Shown one piece after another: positions 29,701 through 42,088 of a DNA stretch of 64,000 nt. A program made the translations under genes and the position numbers. The first letter of the stretch is position 1. Every line of letters starts with the position of its first letter. Source of the DNA: Akkermansiaceae bacterium (GTDB lineage Bacteria > Verrucomicrobiota > Verrucomicrobiia > Verrucomicrobiales > Akkermansiaceae). The notes under the pieces were generated by a model, which made no database searches, was not told the DNA's origin, and saw only the letters and a program-made list of their open reading frames with translations. The DNA is taken from assembly GCA_947491475.1 (NCBI GenBank), contig CANLKN010000002.1:6956-70955 (forward strand). Reading direction: 5' to 3'.

Positions 29701-30508
29701 TCATCCACGTCGCGCCTTACAGCTCACCAACGGCGGCTTTGAAGCCGGAGGCGTCATTTTCGGAGCTTCTCCATTCGGCTGGAACTCCACGATCGCGTCG
29801 GCAGGAACCGGTCAGTTTTTACCGGGCGGCGGTCCTCAAGTCCCGCTCAGCGGCTCGGTCGCCTACATGCAAACCGGCACCCAGATGTTCCAGACTTTCC
29901 TGGGTGTGAAACTGCTTCCGGACGCCACCTATCTCATCGCGTTCGACAGCTACATCTCCATGGGCTATGTGAATGAAACCACTCCCTATGCTTATCTGTT
30001 TGCCGATGTTTCTTACGGCAGGGGCGGCGGCGCAAGCAGCAGCTTCGGCGGCTACATCAAAGCGACCGATCTAACCGCTGGCACGACCTCGTTTTTCGCT
30101 CCACTCACGACCACTGCGAACCGATACGGCTATTCATTCTCCACAAAATCGGCCGCAGAAGGATTTGAAGGCACCAACATCAATCATGAAGCTCTCGACG
30201 TGGCGATCTACATGCAGCCCTCAACCGGATTTGGCGTGAATGCCACACAGTGCTACATCGACAACGTCTCGATAGTGGTGGCCGTACCTTCGGAAGACAC
30301 GGACCCGCCCGTATTGTCCATCTCCCGCTTCGGCAACAACGTGGTGCTTTCCTGGCCGGCGCACGTCTCAGGCTGGACGCTGGAAAGTTCCATCGGTCTG
30401 GGCATCAACGACGCATGGCATTCCTTCCCCGGTGTGGCGGCCAACAGCGTCACCGTGCCGCTCAACGGCAACCAGCAATTCTTCCGCCTCAAGAAAACGG
30501 ACCCGTGA
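26790..30508 (+). pseudogene. ~1240-aa secreted multidomain protein with one frameshift: LamG/DUF1080-like domain, alginate-lyase/heparinase-II/III-like domain, autotransporter-associated beta-strand repeats, CBM-like NGGFE domain, C-terminal FFRL module
   Basis: Signal peptide MNHLIIRFLPLLAAFSAVSLLHA. PHPRLLVTAADISEIKADI lyase-like region. Repeats LTLSGVNTYTGETNIREGVV and LTLTGANTYTGDTTVTSGIL. At about 29705-29720 the sense moves into the frame of ORF 29867..30508, which is open from 29678 (LQLTNGGFEAGG...). Confidence 0.7.
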
Positions 30509-30596
30509 CGATATCTCTTTCCACACAGGCGGGGCACCGGGTTTTTATTCCGTCTGAAAGTAGCCGAACAAGATTTTCCAACTCTCGAGCCACTTC

Positions 30597-32230
30597 ATGA
30601 AGAAAGAAATAACATGTATGACAAGCAGCACATTCCCATGGCACCGCATGGATGACGCTTCATCCCGTCCCGCCACGTCCCACTCAATTGCCTGCGGTTT
30701 TATTGCCGTCGTTTGCTTGCTTTTCCCATCCAGTGCCACATCGCGAGCTGCGGCCGATCCAGCCGTCACCTACGAGGCTTTCGGAGCGGTGGGCGATGGC
30801 AAGACCGACGACCTGCCCGCCATCAGCAAGGCGCACGAGCACGCCAACGCTCACGGCCTGCCGGTGCGCTCGAAACCGGATGCGACCTATCATCTCGGAC
30901 GCAAGGCGCTCACCGCCGTCATCGCAACCGACACCGATTGGGGCATGTCGCGCTTCATCATCGACGACAGCCGCGGCGTCGATAATCCCCACAAGCCGCT
31001 GTTCGAGGTGCGTTCCCTGCTGAAGCCGGTGCCACTCAAGATCGAGCGTCTGCACGCGGCCAGACCACACTGGACATCAGGCCACTGGCCGACTGCCTGG
31101 TGCATGTGGAAAACAACCAACGGCGTGTCTTCATCCGGCGCGGGCTGAACCAAAATAGCGGATCGATTCTGAAAGAAGTCTTCATCCTCCGCCGCGACGG
31201 AACCATCAAAGGTGGCATCGATTGGGATTACGAGACCGTCACAAAAGTCGTGGCGATGCCTATCGACGAAAAAACCTTGTTCATCCGCGGAGGAAATTTC
31301 ACCAACATTGCCAACCGGATGGGACCTGATGAAAAGCCCGACTACTGGAAACGCAACATCCAGATCACGCGTTCGAAAACCGTGGTGGAAGGAGTCACCC
31401 ACCGCGTCACCGGAGAAGCCGATTCCGGGAATCCATATCAAGGGTTTTTGAATGCAACCCGGTGCGCCTTTGTCTTACTTCACAATTGTGTGATCGACGC
31501 CAGGAAGTTCTATTACAAAATCGGCAGTGCCGGCAAACCCGTGCCCATGGGCACCTATGGCTACAGTGCGAGCCTCGTGATGGACTTCCGCATGATCGGA
31601 TGCCGGATGGGCAATGACATTCACGACCGCAGCCGCTGGGGCGTCACATGTACCGATTTCATGAAGAATTTCCTGGTCGAGGATTGTTTGCTTTCGCGTG
31701 TGGACGTGCATCAGGGCGTGTCCGGTTCTTATGTCATCCGGCGCTCCACGCTTGGCCATGGTGGTCTCAACGCCACGGGGCGCGGCCACTTGATCGTCGA
31801 GGATTCCACCTTGCATGGTCGGAATCTGATCTGTTTCCGCGAGGATTACGGCTCGACATGGGACGGCGAGGTAACCATCCGCAACAGCCGCTGGATTCCC
31901 CCCGCAGGCGCGGCGGCATACCCGGTGATGTTCGGAATGCAAAACGACGGCGGTCACGACTTCGGTTACCCTTGCTCGATGCCGAGCATGGTTCGCATCG
32001 ACGGCTTGTTCGTCGATGATTCGGGACGGGCTGGGGGCTACAAGGGCATCACGATCTTCAGCGATCCGGCTGGTTCCTCAAGTGACGCGGCGCAATTTCC
32101 CTACCGGCTCACCGAGAGGCTGGAAATCCGTGGACTTGAGACCGCCAGCGGCCTGCCACCGCGCGTCAGCGAAAACGCGGCTGTGGCCAAAGCCGTGAAA
32201 ATAGTGAATGATTCCCCGGCAGGTCCCTGA
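30597..32230 (+). pseudogene. Pectate-lyase-superfamily (right-handed beta-helix, Pectate_lyase_3-like) protein, one frameshift
   Basis: YEAFGAVGDGKTDDLPAISKAHEHA motif in ORF 30597..31148. The sense continues in ORF 31100..32230 (upstream open frame QTTLDIRPLADCLVHVENNQRRVF). The shift lies at about 31052-31065 (CACGCGGCCAG). Confidence 0.7.
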
Positions 32231-32379
32231 TTTTCCAGATAGACAGTTAACTCAATATCACACACTCACCCCAATCATGCGCTGCCATCACGATCATCGG
32301 ATGGTTCTCGTGCCTCCTCATTTCCATCAGCCCGGCCGTTGAAGCTGAGGCTCCCCAAGATGAGCAGGCGCAACGGGAT

Positions 32380-33204
32380 ATGCGCTTTGGCGACACGCCC
32401 GCCGGTGAGCGCCGCATCTACAAACACTCGGCGGGCAAACCGCGTGCGCTTGAGCTGTATTTCCCGCCAAACCATGATCCCGCGAACAAGGTGCCCGGCC
32501 TGATCCTATTTCACGGCGGCGGTTGGAGCGGAGGAACACTCGCGCAGTTCCGTGCCGCCTGTGCTTATTTTGCCAGCCGCGGCCTCGTCTGCGCCACCGC
32601 CGAATACCGCATGCTCTCGCGGGACGAAACGATCGCCCTGCCCAAGGGCGAGACGAAGAAGCGCGTCTGCGTCACGGATGCCAAAAGTGCGATCCGCTGG
32701 TTCAAGCAACATGCCGGCGAACTCGGCATCGACCCGGCGCGCATCATCACCGGCGGCGGTTCCGCCGGCGGCCACATCAGCGCCATCGCCACCCTCAATC
32801 CGGGCCTCAACGACCCCGCAGATCCGGCGGACATCGACACCTCCGTCGTCGCCTACCTTTGGTTCAATCCCGCCTTCGAAGCCAAGGACGCGAAAGATCC
32901 CGAGATCGATGTGCTGCGTTTCGTGAACAAAGACCTCCCGCCCGCGGTCGTGTTTTTCGGCACCAAGGACCGCTGGAAAAAAGGCTGGGACGCCGCTCAC
33001 ACGAAATGGCTCGATGCTGGCTGCAAATCAATCGAGCTGCAACTCGCACAGAAAGAGGGGCACAGCTTCTTCAACAATCAACCTTGGAAAAGTCTCACCC
33101 TCATCGCCGCCGACCGTTTCCTCACCGGACTCGGCCTTCTCGAAGGCGAGCCCACCATGGCCGCACCCGCCACCGGCGAGACGCTGACGAGGCAGCCAAA
33201 ATAA
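32380..33204 (+). CDS. Alpha/beta-hydrolase esterase (HGGGW oxyanion motif, GGSAGG nucleophile elbow)
   Basis: LILFHGGGWSGG and ITGGGSAGGHISA motifs. An in-frame but start-less signal-peptide-like stretch lies upstream at 32278-32379 (see findings). Confidence 0.8.
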   Translation: MRFGDTPAGERRIYKHSAGKPRALELYFPPNHDPANKVPGLILFHGGGWSGGTLAQFRAACAYFASRGLVCATAEYRMLSRDETIALPKGETKKRVCVTDAKSAIRWFKQHAGELGIDPARIITGGGSAGGHISAIATLNPGLNDPADPADIDTSVVAYLWFNPAFEAKDAKDPEIDVLRFVNKDLPPAVVFFGTKDRWKKGWDAAHTKWLDAGCKSIELQLAQKEGHSFFNNQPWKSLTLIAADRFLTGLGLLEGEPTMAAPATGETLTRQPK

Positions 33205-33299
33205 TTCATCGTCGCGCTGGCCGCCACCTTCGTGTGGATGGCCGCCAAGGTGGTGGTGATGCTGGCTTCAATTTGAAGCAACAGGCTGGAAAGACGGAG

Positions 33300-33932
33300 T
33301 TATCTCCAGTCCACGGCAACCTCGGCGATGCCGCCTTTTTTATCGTCGTATTTGAGCAACCCGCGCGTGAGGGCGTATTCGTGCACGCACTTGGTGACCT
33401 TCACGTCATAAGCGCAGTATTCGGCGATTTTGCGCAGCGGGGCGAAATCACCGGATTTCTTGTGTTCCTGCCACCAGCGCAAGGCGTCGAGGCCATCAGC
33501 GGTCTTGCCGATGCCGAGGGTGGCGGTGGCTACGGAGTCGAGCTTGAGCCGGAACCCAAGGCGCTTTTCCAGATCCACCATCATGTCGAGATTGAGCGTT
33601 TGTTCGGTAAGCGTGTGAAACACGTAAGGCTGCAGCACCGGATAATCGAACTGCATGTGGTTCCAGCCGACAACGAGATCCGCGCGAATAAGTTCCTCAC
33701 CGAGCTTCTCCATTTCGCCTTCCGGGTAAATTTGGTAGGTTCCACGCCTTGTGCTGAAAGTGACGGCCACGGAAATCCCCATCTTTGCTTTGTGGGAAAA
33801 TCCGCCCACGTCGTTGAAGCTGCGCTGGGTTTCCAAATCAAAATAAACGATGTTTTTGTCGGCCACGCGCCTTTGATAGCTGCGGCTTCCGGCATCGGGC
33901 AAGCCTTGGGTAAGGCATTCGCCTGTTCCCAT
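33300..33932 (-). CDS. RNase H-fold 3'-5' exonuclease (DEDDy-type, PolB-exonuclease-like)
   Basis: ExoI VYFDLETQ, ExoII VVGWNHMQFDYPVL, ExoIII YCAYDVKV. The start is uncertain: ATG at 33932, 33995 or 34031. Confidence 0.7.
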   Translation of the reverse strand: MGTGECLTQGLPDAGSRSYQRRVADKNIVYFDLETQRSFNDVGGFSHKAKMGISVAVTFSTRRGTYQIYPEGEMEKLGEELIRADLVVGWNHMQFDYPVLQPYVFHTLTEQTLNLDMMVDLEKRLGFRLKLDSVATATLGIGKTADGLDALRWWQEHKKSGDFAPLRKIAEYCAYDVKVTKCVHEYALTRGLLKYDDKKGGIAEVAVDWR

Positions 33933-34074
33933 CCTGGCTGCCGCCCAAGACAGGCCGGAAGCCGATCTGTTTCTTGTGACTTGACCCAATGGCATCGTCC
34001 GCGCAGTGTGCCGCCCCGCTGCGAGCTCCAATGGCCGTGGCGTGCCCTAACTTAACCGAACCAACCGCTCCGCC

Positions 34075-35121
34075 ATGGCCGCGAAGATCTATACCACCAA
34101 GGACGCTCCGATCGCTCCATTGAAAAAGAAAACCCTCGCCGTGATCGGCTTCGGCTCACAAGGCCATGCCCACGCGCTCAACCTCAAGGACAGTGGCCTC
34201 AAGGTCATCATCGGCCTCTACAAGAAGTCGAAGTCCCGCGAAGTCGCCAAGAAACTCGGCTTCGAGGTCATGGACACCGCGGATGCGGTCAAGGCAGCTG
34301 ACGTCATCTTCGTCGCAACTCCGGACACCGTGATCCCCGCAGTTTACAACAAGGACATCGCGCCGAACCTCACCAAAGGCAAAACCCTGCTCTTCTCCCA
34401 CGGTTTCGCCGTGCACTTCAAGACGATCGAGTTGCCCAAGGATATCGATGTGATCCTCGTCGCGCCGAAAGGTCCGGGCCACACCGTGCGTTCGCAATTT
34501 GTCGCCGGCAAAGGCGTTCCCGGCTTGATCGCCGTTCATCAGGATGTCACTGGCAACGCCAAGAAAAACGCTCTTGCCTGGGCAGGCGGCGTTGGTTGCG
34601 CCCGTGCCGGTGTTTTTGAAACCAACTTCCGCGAGGAAACCGTGACCGACCTTTTCGGCGAGCAGTGCGTGCTTTGCGGCGGCGCTTCCGCGCTGGTCAA
34701 GGCGGGTTTCGAAACGCTGGTCGAAGCCGGCTATCAACCCGAGATGGCCTACTTCGAGTGCCTTCACGAGCTCAAGCTCATCGTGGACCTCATGAACGAG
34801 CAGGGCATCGCCGGCATGCGTTTCTCCATCTCCGAAACCGCCGAGTGGGGCGACGTTTCCGTGGGTCCCAAAATCATCGACGCCTCTGTCAAGAAGCGGA
34901 TGCAAAAGCAGCTCAAGGAAATTGAAAACGGCAAGTTCGCCAAGGAGTGGATCGCCGAATATGCAGGCGGCTACAAGCGCTTCAACGCAATCCGCAAGGC
35001 CGAGGCCAACCACCAAATCGAAAAAGTCGGTGCCAAGCTCCGCTCCACGATGAGCTGGATCAAACAGAGCAAGATCAAGAAGGGAGCCAGCCAGGCGAGC
35101 CTGATCTCGAGCTCGAAGTAA
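34075..35121 (+). CDS. ilvC: Ketol-acid reductoisomerase
   Basis: [23 protein letters not shown] Rossmann motif and a class I KARI length of 348 aa. Confidence 0.95.
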   Translation: MAAKIYTTKDAPIAPLKKKTLAVIGFGSQGHAHALNLKDSGLKVIIGLYKKSKSREVAKKLGFEVMDTADAVKAADVIFVATPDTVIPAVYNKDIAPNLTKGKTLLFSHGFAVHFKTIELPKDIDVILVAPKGPGHTVRSQFVAGKGVPGLIAVHQDVTGNAKKNALAWAGGVGCARAGVFETNFREETVTDLFGEQCVLCGGASALVKAGFETLVEAGYQPEMAYFECLHELKLIVDLMNEQGIAGMRFSISETAEWGDVSVGPKIIDASVKKRMQKQLKEIENGKFAKEWIAEYAGGYKRFNAIRKAEANHQIEKVGAKLRSTMSWIKQSKIKKGASQASLISSSK

Positions 35122-35141
35122 GCCGCAGCATCTATCACAAA

Positions 35142-35176
35142 ACGCCCGCGTCCCTCACCAGGGAGCGGGCGTTTTT
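35142..35176. terminator. Rho-independent terminator hairpin between the convergent ilvC and oxidoreductase genes
   Basis: ACGCCCGCGTCCCT-CACC-AGGGAGCGGGCGT followed by TTTTT on the plus strand and preceded by AAAA, so it could act in both directions. Confidence 0.7.
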
Positions 35177-35192
35177 GCGTGAAGGATTCGTT

Positions 35193-36746
35193 TCACGCAT
35201 TCTCCCGCGTCACGGCTGGCCAGGCCGCGGCCGCATCGCCCCAGCTGCGCCAGCCTTCGGTGAGTTCGAGCTTCAGCCACGCTCCTAACAGCGGCAGGAC
35301 TTTCCGGATGTCGCTGTTCTTGAGGGTGAAGCCGGGGATCAGGACGCGGCGGCGGTCGTTGGTTTTTCCGAGAGCGCCGAGGCGACGGCGGCGCGCGGCG
35401 ATCTTGGCGAAGCGGCGGTTGTAAACGCGCATCAGCGAGGAGATCGGACCGGCCGCGGGATGGGTGAATGGTGCTGTTAGAAAACCCCGCTCGCCTTCGT
35501 TGAACACGGCGCGGACAACGCCCCAGTAGTACAGCCCGAGATCGAGGTGGAAGGCGAGATTCATCAAATCAAACTCACCGATGTAATGATACTTGTCCCG
35601 GTAGAGCGCATCGAACCAGCGGTTGTGACAAAGCATGAGATCGCGGTTGTGGCTTTCGGTTAGAGCCGCAACCGGCTCGCCGGCGCGCTGACGGGTAATG
35701 GTGTCCGCGGCGCGGCTGGCGGTGAAGGAAATCCAGTCCATCCCCGGGCTGTAAAATGGATCGATGAAAGCCGCTGCATCGCCGACGAGTGTGAAGCCGT
35801 CACCGGCGAAGGTATTGCTGTAATAAGCGAGGCTCTTGCGGTAGTGCAGATCTTCCGGCACATAATGCGCGTTTTCCAACATCTCGCGCGCGACCGGATG
35901 GCGCATGAGAAACGTTTTCAAACGCTCGCCGATATTGTCGCCGTCCTGCGGAAAATCGACGAGACGCTGGTCGAACACGACACCCACGCTCACATCGCCG
36001 CCTTTGAGAGGAATCCACCAGCTCCACCAACCATCGCCTATGATGTGATTGGTGGCGGTGCCGCGGGTGCCGTATTGCACGGCCGCCCATTCCGGATATC
36101 TCTCCGCAAGCTCGCGGCCGTCCCAATCCTTGACACCCTTCCAGCGCGACCAGGCGGAGGCCGTGGGGTGATCGTTGTTAGGCATCCACCAGCCATGCTT
36201 GCGGGCGAGCATGGCGATGTGGCCTGAGGCATCGACGATCCAGCGCGCTCTCAAGGTGCGTTTGGCATCGCCTTGCTTCACATCGAGCATCTGCATGCCG
36301 CCTGCAACCAGGCGGATGTTGGAAACAATGGCTGGCCGCAGCAAGGCGACACCGTCGTTTTCCGCGCGGCGCAGCACCTCCTCATCGAGTGCTGCGCGGT
36401 CGATCTGATAGGACGGCAGCCGTGCCAGATAGCGGGGACCGACTTCCGACGCCTGGTCGAGGGTCTCCACCTTGTCGTTGGCGAACCAGAAGCGCAGCCC
36501 TTGTTTGGCGATGTGCGCGTCGTTGAGATATTGCGTGAGCCCCAGCACACGGCCGAGGAAATAGCCGCTCACCTCGACGGTCGCCTCGCCCACCCGACGA
36601 CCGAAGATTTCGGATTTTTCCACGATAAGAACGCGGATGCCGGGATTTTTCCGTAGCAGCAAGGTCGCGGTGGCGGACCCGGAAAGCGCGCCGCCGATCA
36701 CAATGACATCGTAATCGGGTGTGAGCTCATCAATCGGCGCGGGCAT
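35193..36746 (-). CDS. FAD-dependent oxidoreductase, flavin-dependent halogenase-like
   Basis: GxGxxG motif in DVIVIGGALSGSATA. WxWxIP-type motif in GDGWWSWWIPL. ATG at 36746. Confidence 0.78.
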   Translation of the reverse strand: MPAPIDELTPDYDVIVIGGALSGSATATLLLRKNPGIRVLIVEKSEIFGRRVGEATVEVSGYFLGRVLGLTQYLNDAHIAKQGLRFWFANDKVETLDQASEVGPRYLARLPSYQIDRAALDEEVLRRAENDGVALLRPAIVSNIRLVAGGMQMLDVKQGDAKRTLRARWIVDASGHIAMLARKHGWWMPNNDHPTASAWSRWKGVKDWDGRELAERYPEWAAVQYGTRGTATNHIIGDGWWSWWIPLKGGDVSVGVVFDQRLVDFPQDGDNIGERLKTFLMRHPVAREMLENAHYVPEDLHYRKSLAYYSNTFAGDGFTLVGDAAAFIDPFYSPGMDWISFTASRAADTITRQRAGEPVAALTESHNRDLMLCHNRWFDALYRDKYHYIGEFDLMNLAFHLDLGLYYWGVVRAVFNEGERGFLTAPFTHPAAGPISSLMRVYNRRFAKIAARRRRLGALGKTNDRRRVLIPGFTLKNSDIRKVLPLLGAWLKLELTEGWRSWGDAAAAWPAVTRENA

Positions 36747-36889
36747 CGGCGGCAAGTATTGATCGGATCGTGGCGAATGCAACAAAGGGAAATCGACCCG
36801 GAACACCGATCATCGATGCGTTACAAGATCTTGCGCATTCTCACTTTCCGCTTTTCCGCAGGAGGGTGCGGCCGTAGTTTCCTGCCGCC

Positions 36890-37900
36890 ATGAGCAGTTG
36901 CGCACCGAAAATGAAAATGGACCCGACCCTTCACCGGCTTCAAAAACCGGAATGGATCAAGGTGCGGCTGCCGAACAACCCGGAGTTCTGGTCCACCAAG
37001 TCGCTCATCACCGATCTCAAATTGGTCACCGTGTGCGAGGAAGCGCAGTGCCCGAACCGTTGGGAATGCTGGAGCCAGAAAACAGCCACCTTCATGATCG
37101 CCGGGGAAAAATGCACCCGCGCCTGCGGTTTTTGTGCGGTCAAAACCGCCAAGCCGGATGCTCTTGAAGCCGACGAGCCGCAACGCGTGGCCGAGGCCAC
37201 CCGCCGCATGGGGCTGCGCCACGTGGTCATCACCGCCGTCGCCCGGGACGACCTGCGCGATGGCGGCGCGGAACATTTCAAACTAACCATCGAGGCCGTG
37301 CGCGAGGCGAATCCAGAAACCATCATCGAGGTGCTGGTGCCGGATTTCAATGATCGCGACTGGGCCTTGCAAATGGTGATGGATGCCCGCCCGCACATCT
37401 TCAACCACAATATTGAAACGGTCGAACGCCTCACACCGCTGGTCAGATCGCGCGCCCAATACCAGCGCAGCCTCACCGTTTTGAAAAAAGCCAAGGCCAT
37501 GGTGAACGGCAAGGTCGCCACCAAAAGCGGCATCATGCTCGGTCTCGGCGAGCGCCGTGAAGAAGTCCTGCGCGCCTTCGATGACCTCCGCGCCCACGAC
37601 GTGACCGTGCTCACGCTCGGCCAATACCTCCGCCCGACGCCCAAACACCTGCCGGTCGTCGAGTTCATCACTCCGGATGCTTTCAACGAATACAAACAGA
37701 TCGCCCTGGAAAAAGGCTTCCGCCACGTGGCAAGCGGTCCGCTGGTTAGAAGTTCCTACCACGCCGCCGAGTTCCGCCCTGAACTCGATGTGCTGGAAGC
37801 CATCGAGGCCGATCTCCGCGCGATGAAGGGCGTTGAACTCGGCCCCGAGCACCTTCCGCTGCCATCCATCAAACCGGAACTCGAACGCGCCATCGCCTGA
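36890..37900 (+). CDS. lipA: Lipoyl synthase
   Basis: CEEAQCPNRWEC auxiliary cluster and CTRACGFCAV radical-SAM cluster. The start could instead be the ATG at 36911 or 36917. Confidence 0.92.
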   Translation: MSSCAPKMKMDPTLHRLQKPEWIKVRLPNNPEFWSTKSLITDLKLVTVCEEAQCPNRWECWSQKTATFMIAGEKCTRACGFCAVKTAKPDALEADEPQRVAEATRRMGLRHVVITAVARDDLRDGGAEHFKLTIEAVREANPETIIEVLVPDFNDRDWALQMVMDARPHIFNHNIETVERLTPLVRSRAQYQRSLTVLKKAKAMVNGKVATKSGIMLGLGERREEVLRAFDDLRAHDVTVLTLGQYLRPTPKHLPVVEFITPDAFNEYKQIALEKGFRHVASGPLVRSSYHAAEFRPELDVLEAIEADLRAMKGVELGPEHLPLPSIKPELERAIA

Positions 37901-37906
37901 TTTCCC

Positions 37907-38368
37907 ATGCATCACTGGCTGATCAAGTCCGAGCCCGATGTTTTCTCCATCGACGACCTCGCCAAAGTCAAACGCGAGCCGTGGTCGGGTGTTCGGAACT
38001 ATCAGGCGCGCAATTTCATGTGGAAGGACATGAAACCCGGTGACCTCGCCCTGTTTTATCATTCCAACGCCAAACCGCCCGGCATCACCGGCATCGCCAA
38101 GGTCGCCGGCGCACCTTATCCGGACGAGACGCAGTTTGATCCGCAAAGCGAATACCACGATCCCAAAGCCACCCGTGACAAGCCGCGCTGGTGGTTGGTG
38201 GATTTCGAATTCGTCGGAAAATTCGCCGGAATCCTGCCGCTGGATGCGATCAAGACGGATTCCGTCCTATCGGAAATGATGGTCTGCCAACGCGGCACCC
38301 GGCTCTCAATCACTCCGGTGGACCCACTCCATTTCAAGCGCGCCTGCAAACTCGCGGGATTCAAGTGA
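37907..38368 (+). CDS. EVE (PUA-like) domain protein
   Basis: MHHWLIKSEPDVFSIDDL...WSGVRNYQARNFMWKDMKPGDLALFYHSN. Confidence 0.85.
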   Translation: MHHWLIKSEPDVFSIDDLAKVKREPWSGVRNYQARNFMWKDMKPGDLALFYHSNAKPPGITGIAKVAGAPYPDETQFDPQSEYHDPKATRDKPRWWLVDFEFVGKFAGILPLDAIKTDSVLSEMMVCQRGTRLSITPVDPLHFKRACKLAGFK

Positions 38369-38407
38369 TAGAACTGTCCTGTTGATCGTGATCCGCTTGT
38401 CTTGCGG

Positions 38408-38638
38408 TCATTTCTTTTTCAATCCCAGCAGCAGGACGACCACTCCGCCGCCGAGCAAGGCCCACGAAAGGGCCGGCGGGACGCTGTGGCGTTCTTTCAC
38501 CTCCGCCTGAACCTTGAGCGGACCGAGGTCGATCACGTTCTCCTGCTTGGTGGTGGTGAATCCACCGTAAGCAAGCAATGCTGCTCCAGCCACAATCATA
38601 ACGATACCGACGATGCTTAGTGCTTTCATAACTTCCAA
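38408..38638 (-). CDS. Small membrane protein (two predicted TM helices)
   Basis: 76-aa ORF with hydrophobic ends (ALSIVGIVMIVAGAALLAYGG ... ALSWALLGGGVVVLLLGLKKK). No overlapping better gene. Confidence 0.5.
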   Translation of the reverse strand: MEVMKALSIVGIVMIVAGAALLAYGGFTTTKQENVIDLGPLKVQAEVKERHSVPPALSWALLGGGVVVLLLGLKKK

Positions 38639-38751
38639 TGTTCAACCGGCTTTTGGCGAAAGCCAGAATGAAATCAGAATTTCGTGCAAAGCCAATGCCG
38701 GTGGCATCGTGTCTCGTAAAGATGATTGGAATGGATGCCCGGATGAAAAAA

Positions 38752-41016
<2,265 letters not shown>

Positions 41017-41033
41017 TCAATCAGGGGAGTGGT

Positions 41034-41060
41034 AAAAAAACCGCCGATGCCGGGCACGGC
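41034..41060 (-). terminator. Candidate intrinsic terminator after the hypothetical gene 41093..41959
   Basis: The minus strand reads GCCGTGCCCGGCATCGGCGG followed by TTTTTTT. That gives about 7 bp of stem with one bulge, 33 nt past the stop codon. Confidence 0.5.
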
Positions 41061-41092
41061 CAGCGTGGGGGATGGACCAGGCATGCCACCGC

Positions 41093-41959
41093 TCATTGTT
41101 TGCGCTCCAAGGCCAGTTCCACCAGCTTCGCCGCCTGTTCGCGGATTTCCTTCATGGTTTCCGGCTTCGGATCCTCGCCGTCCTCGATCGCCATTTCGTT
41201 GCGCAGGCCGGAAAGTAAGTTGCGCATGGCCAGGTAGTTCGGCCGTTCGGAAATGCGCGGCTCCAAGCCGGCCACCGACTCGGTGTAGTAATCCGCAATG
41301 TCCTCACGCATCAATTTGCGGGCGCGCTCCGGAGAAAACTGCTTGTCCACCGCAACGGTGGCCACTTGCAGTGCGCGAATCCAGCCGCCGAGTGAGATCA
41401 GGTGCGCGAGGTCGGCATCTTTCAGGATGACCAACTCGGTCTCCACATCCCGCTGGGTGGACGCGAGTTCTTTTTTCAACTGCGCGACATCCTTGTTTTT
41501 CGCGCTGTCGAGCAGGGCCGCGGCATGGCGGTTCACGCGGTCGCCGGCACCGAGGGCCTTGCCGTATTTCGTGAGTCTGGCGGCCAGATCCTCCACTTTC
41601 TCCAATTGCTCGGCCTGCACCATCAGGAATCCATCGGCGATCAGGAAGCCGAGTTCGATGGCAAGGTCCGCGCGGTCCAGCGGCATCCGCTCGGGCAGCT
41701 TGAGCTCGGTTTCCAAAATCGGCAGCGGCATCAGGAATTGCAGGGTGTCGAAAAGTTTCGAGATCGACGGCGCGGTGAACTCATTGACCGCCAGTTCCTC
41801 CCTCACATGCGGATCATCCAGCAGGTCCGCCGGGATGTCGTTGATTTCCCTCACCTCCCCTTCCGGCGCGGCAGCGGCGGGCGCGGATTCCTCCGCCACG
41901 GCCAGCGGCATGACCCACATCACAAGCAAGGCAGAGAGGATTGTCTTACGGATCTTCAT
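41093..41959 (-). CDS. Secreted hypothetical protein (acidic, predicted helical)
   Basis: Signal peptide MKIRKTILSALLVMWVMPLAVA. 288-aa ORF with ordinary composition. No recognisable motif. Confidence 0.65.
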   Translation of the reverse strand: MKIRKTILSALLVMWVMPLAVAEESAPAAAAPEGEVREINDIPADLLDDPHVREELAVNEFTAPSISKLFDTLQFLMPLPILETELKLPERMPLDRADLAIELGFLIADGFLMVQAEQLEKVEDLAARLTKYGKALGAGDRVNRHAAALLDSAKNKDVAQLKKELASTQRDVETELVILKDADLAHLISLGGWIRALQVATVAVDKQFSPERARKLMREDIADYYTESVAGLEPRISERPNYLAMRNLLSGLRNEMAIEDGEDPKPETMKEIREQAAKLVELALERKQ

Positions 41960-42088
41960 GCGCGGAGGATTGCATCAGGCGGCCGATTCGGCAACCGGCA
42001 AAAAGCGGAGCACCCTCGCCGTGGCCGCCGGAATCACCCGAGTTTGCACTTGCAACGACATTTCCCAGCGCCTAAGAGTCCGGTCGCA

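Noticed and set aside
23915-31065. Phase variation or programmed frameshifting as an explanation for the frameshifts.
   Set aside because: None of the sites lies in a long homopolymer or simple-sequence tract (the longest run is GGGG). No slippery heptamer with a downstream structure was seen. The sites are ordinary GC-rich sequence.
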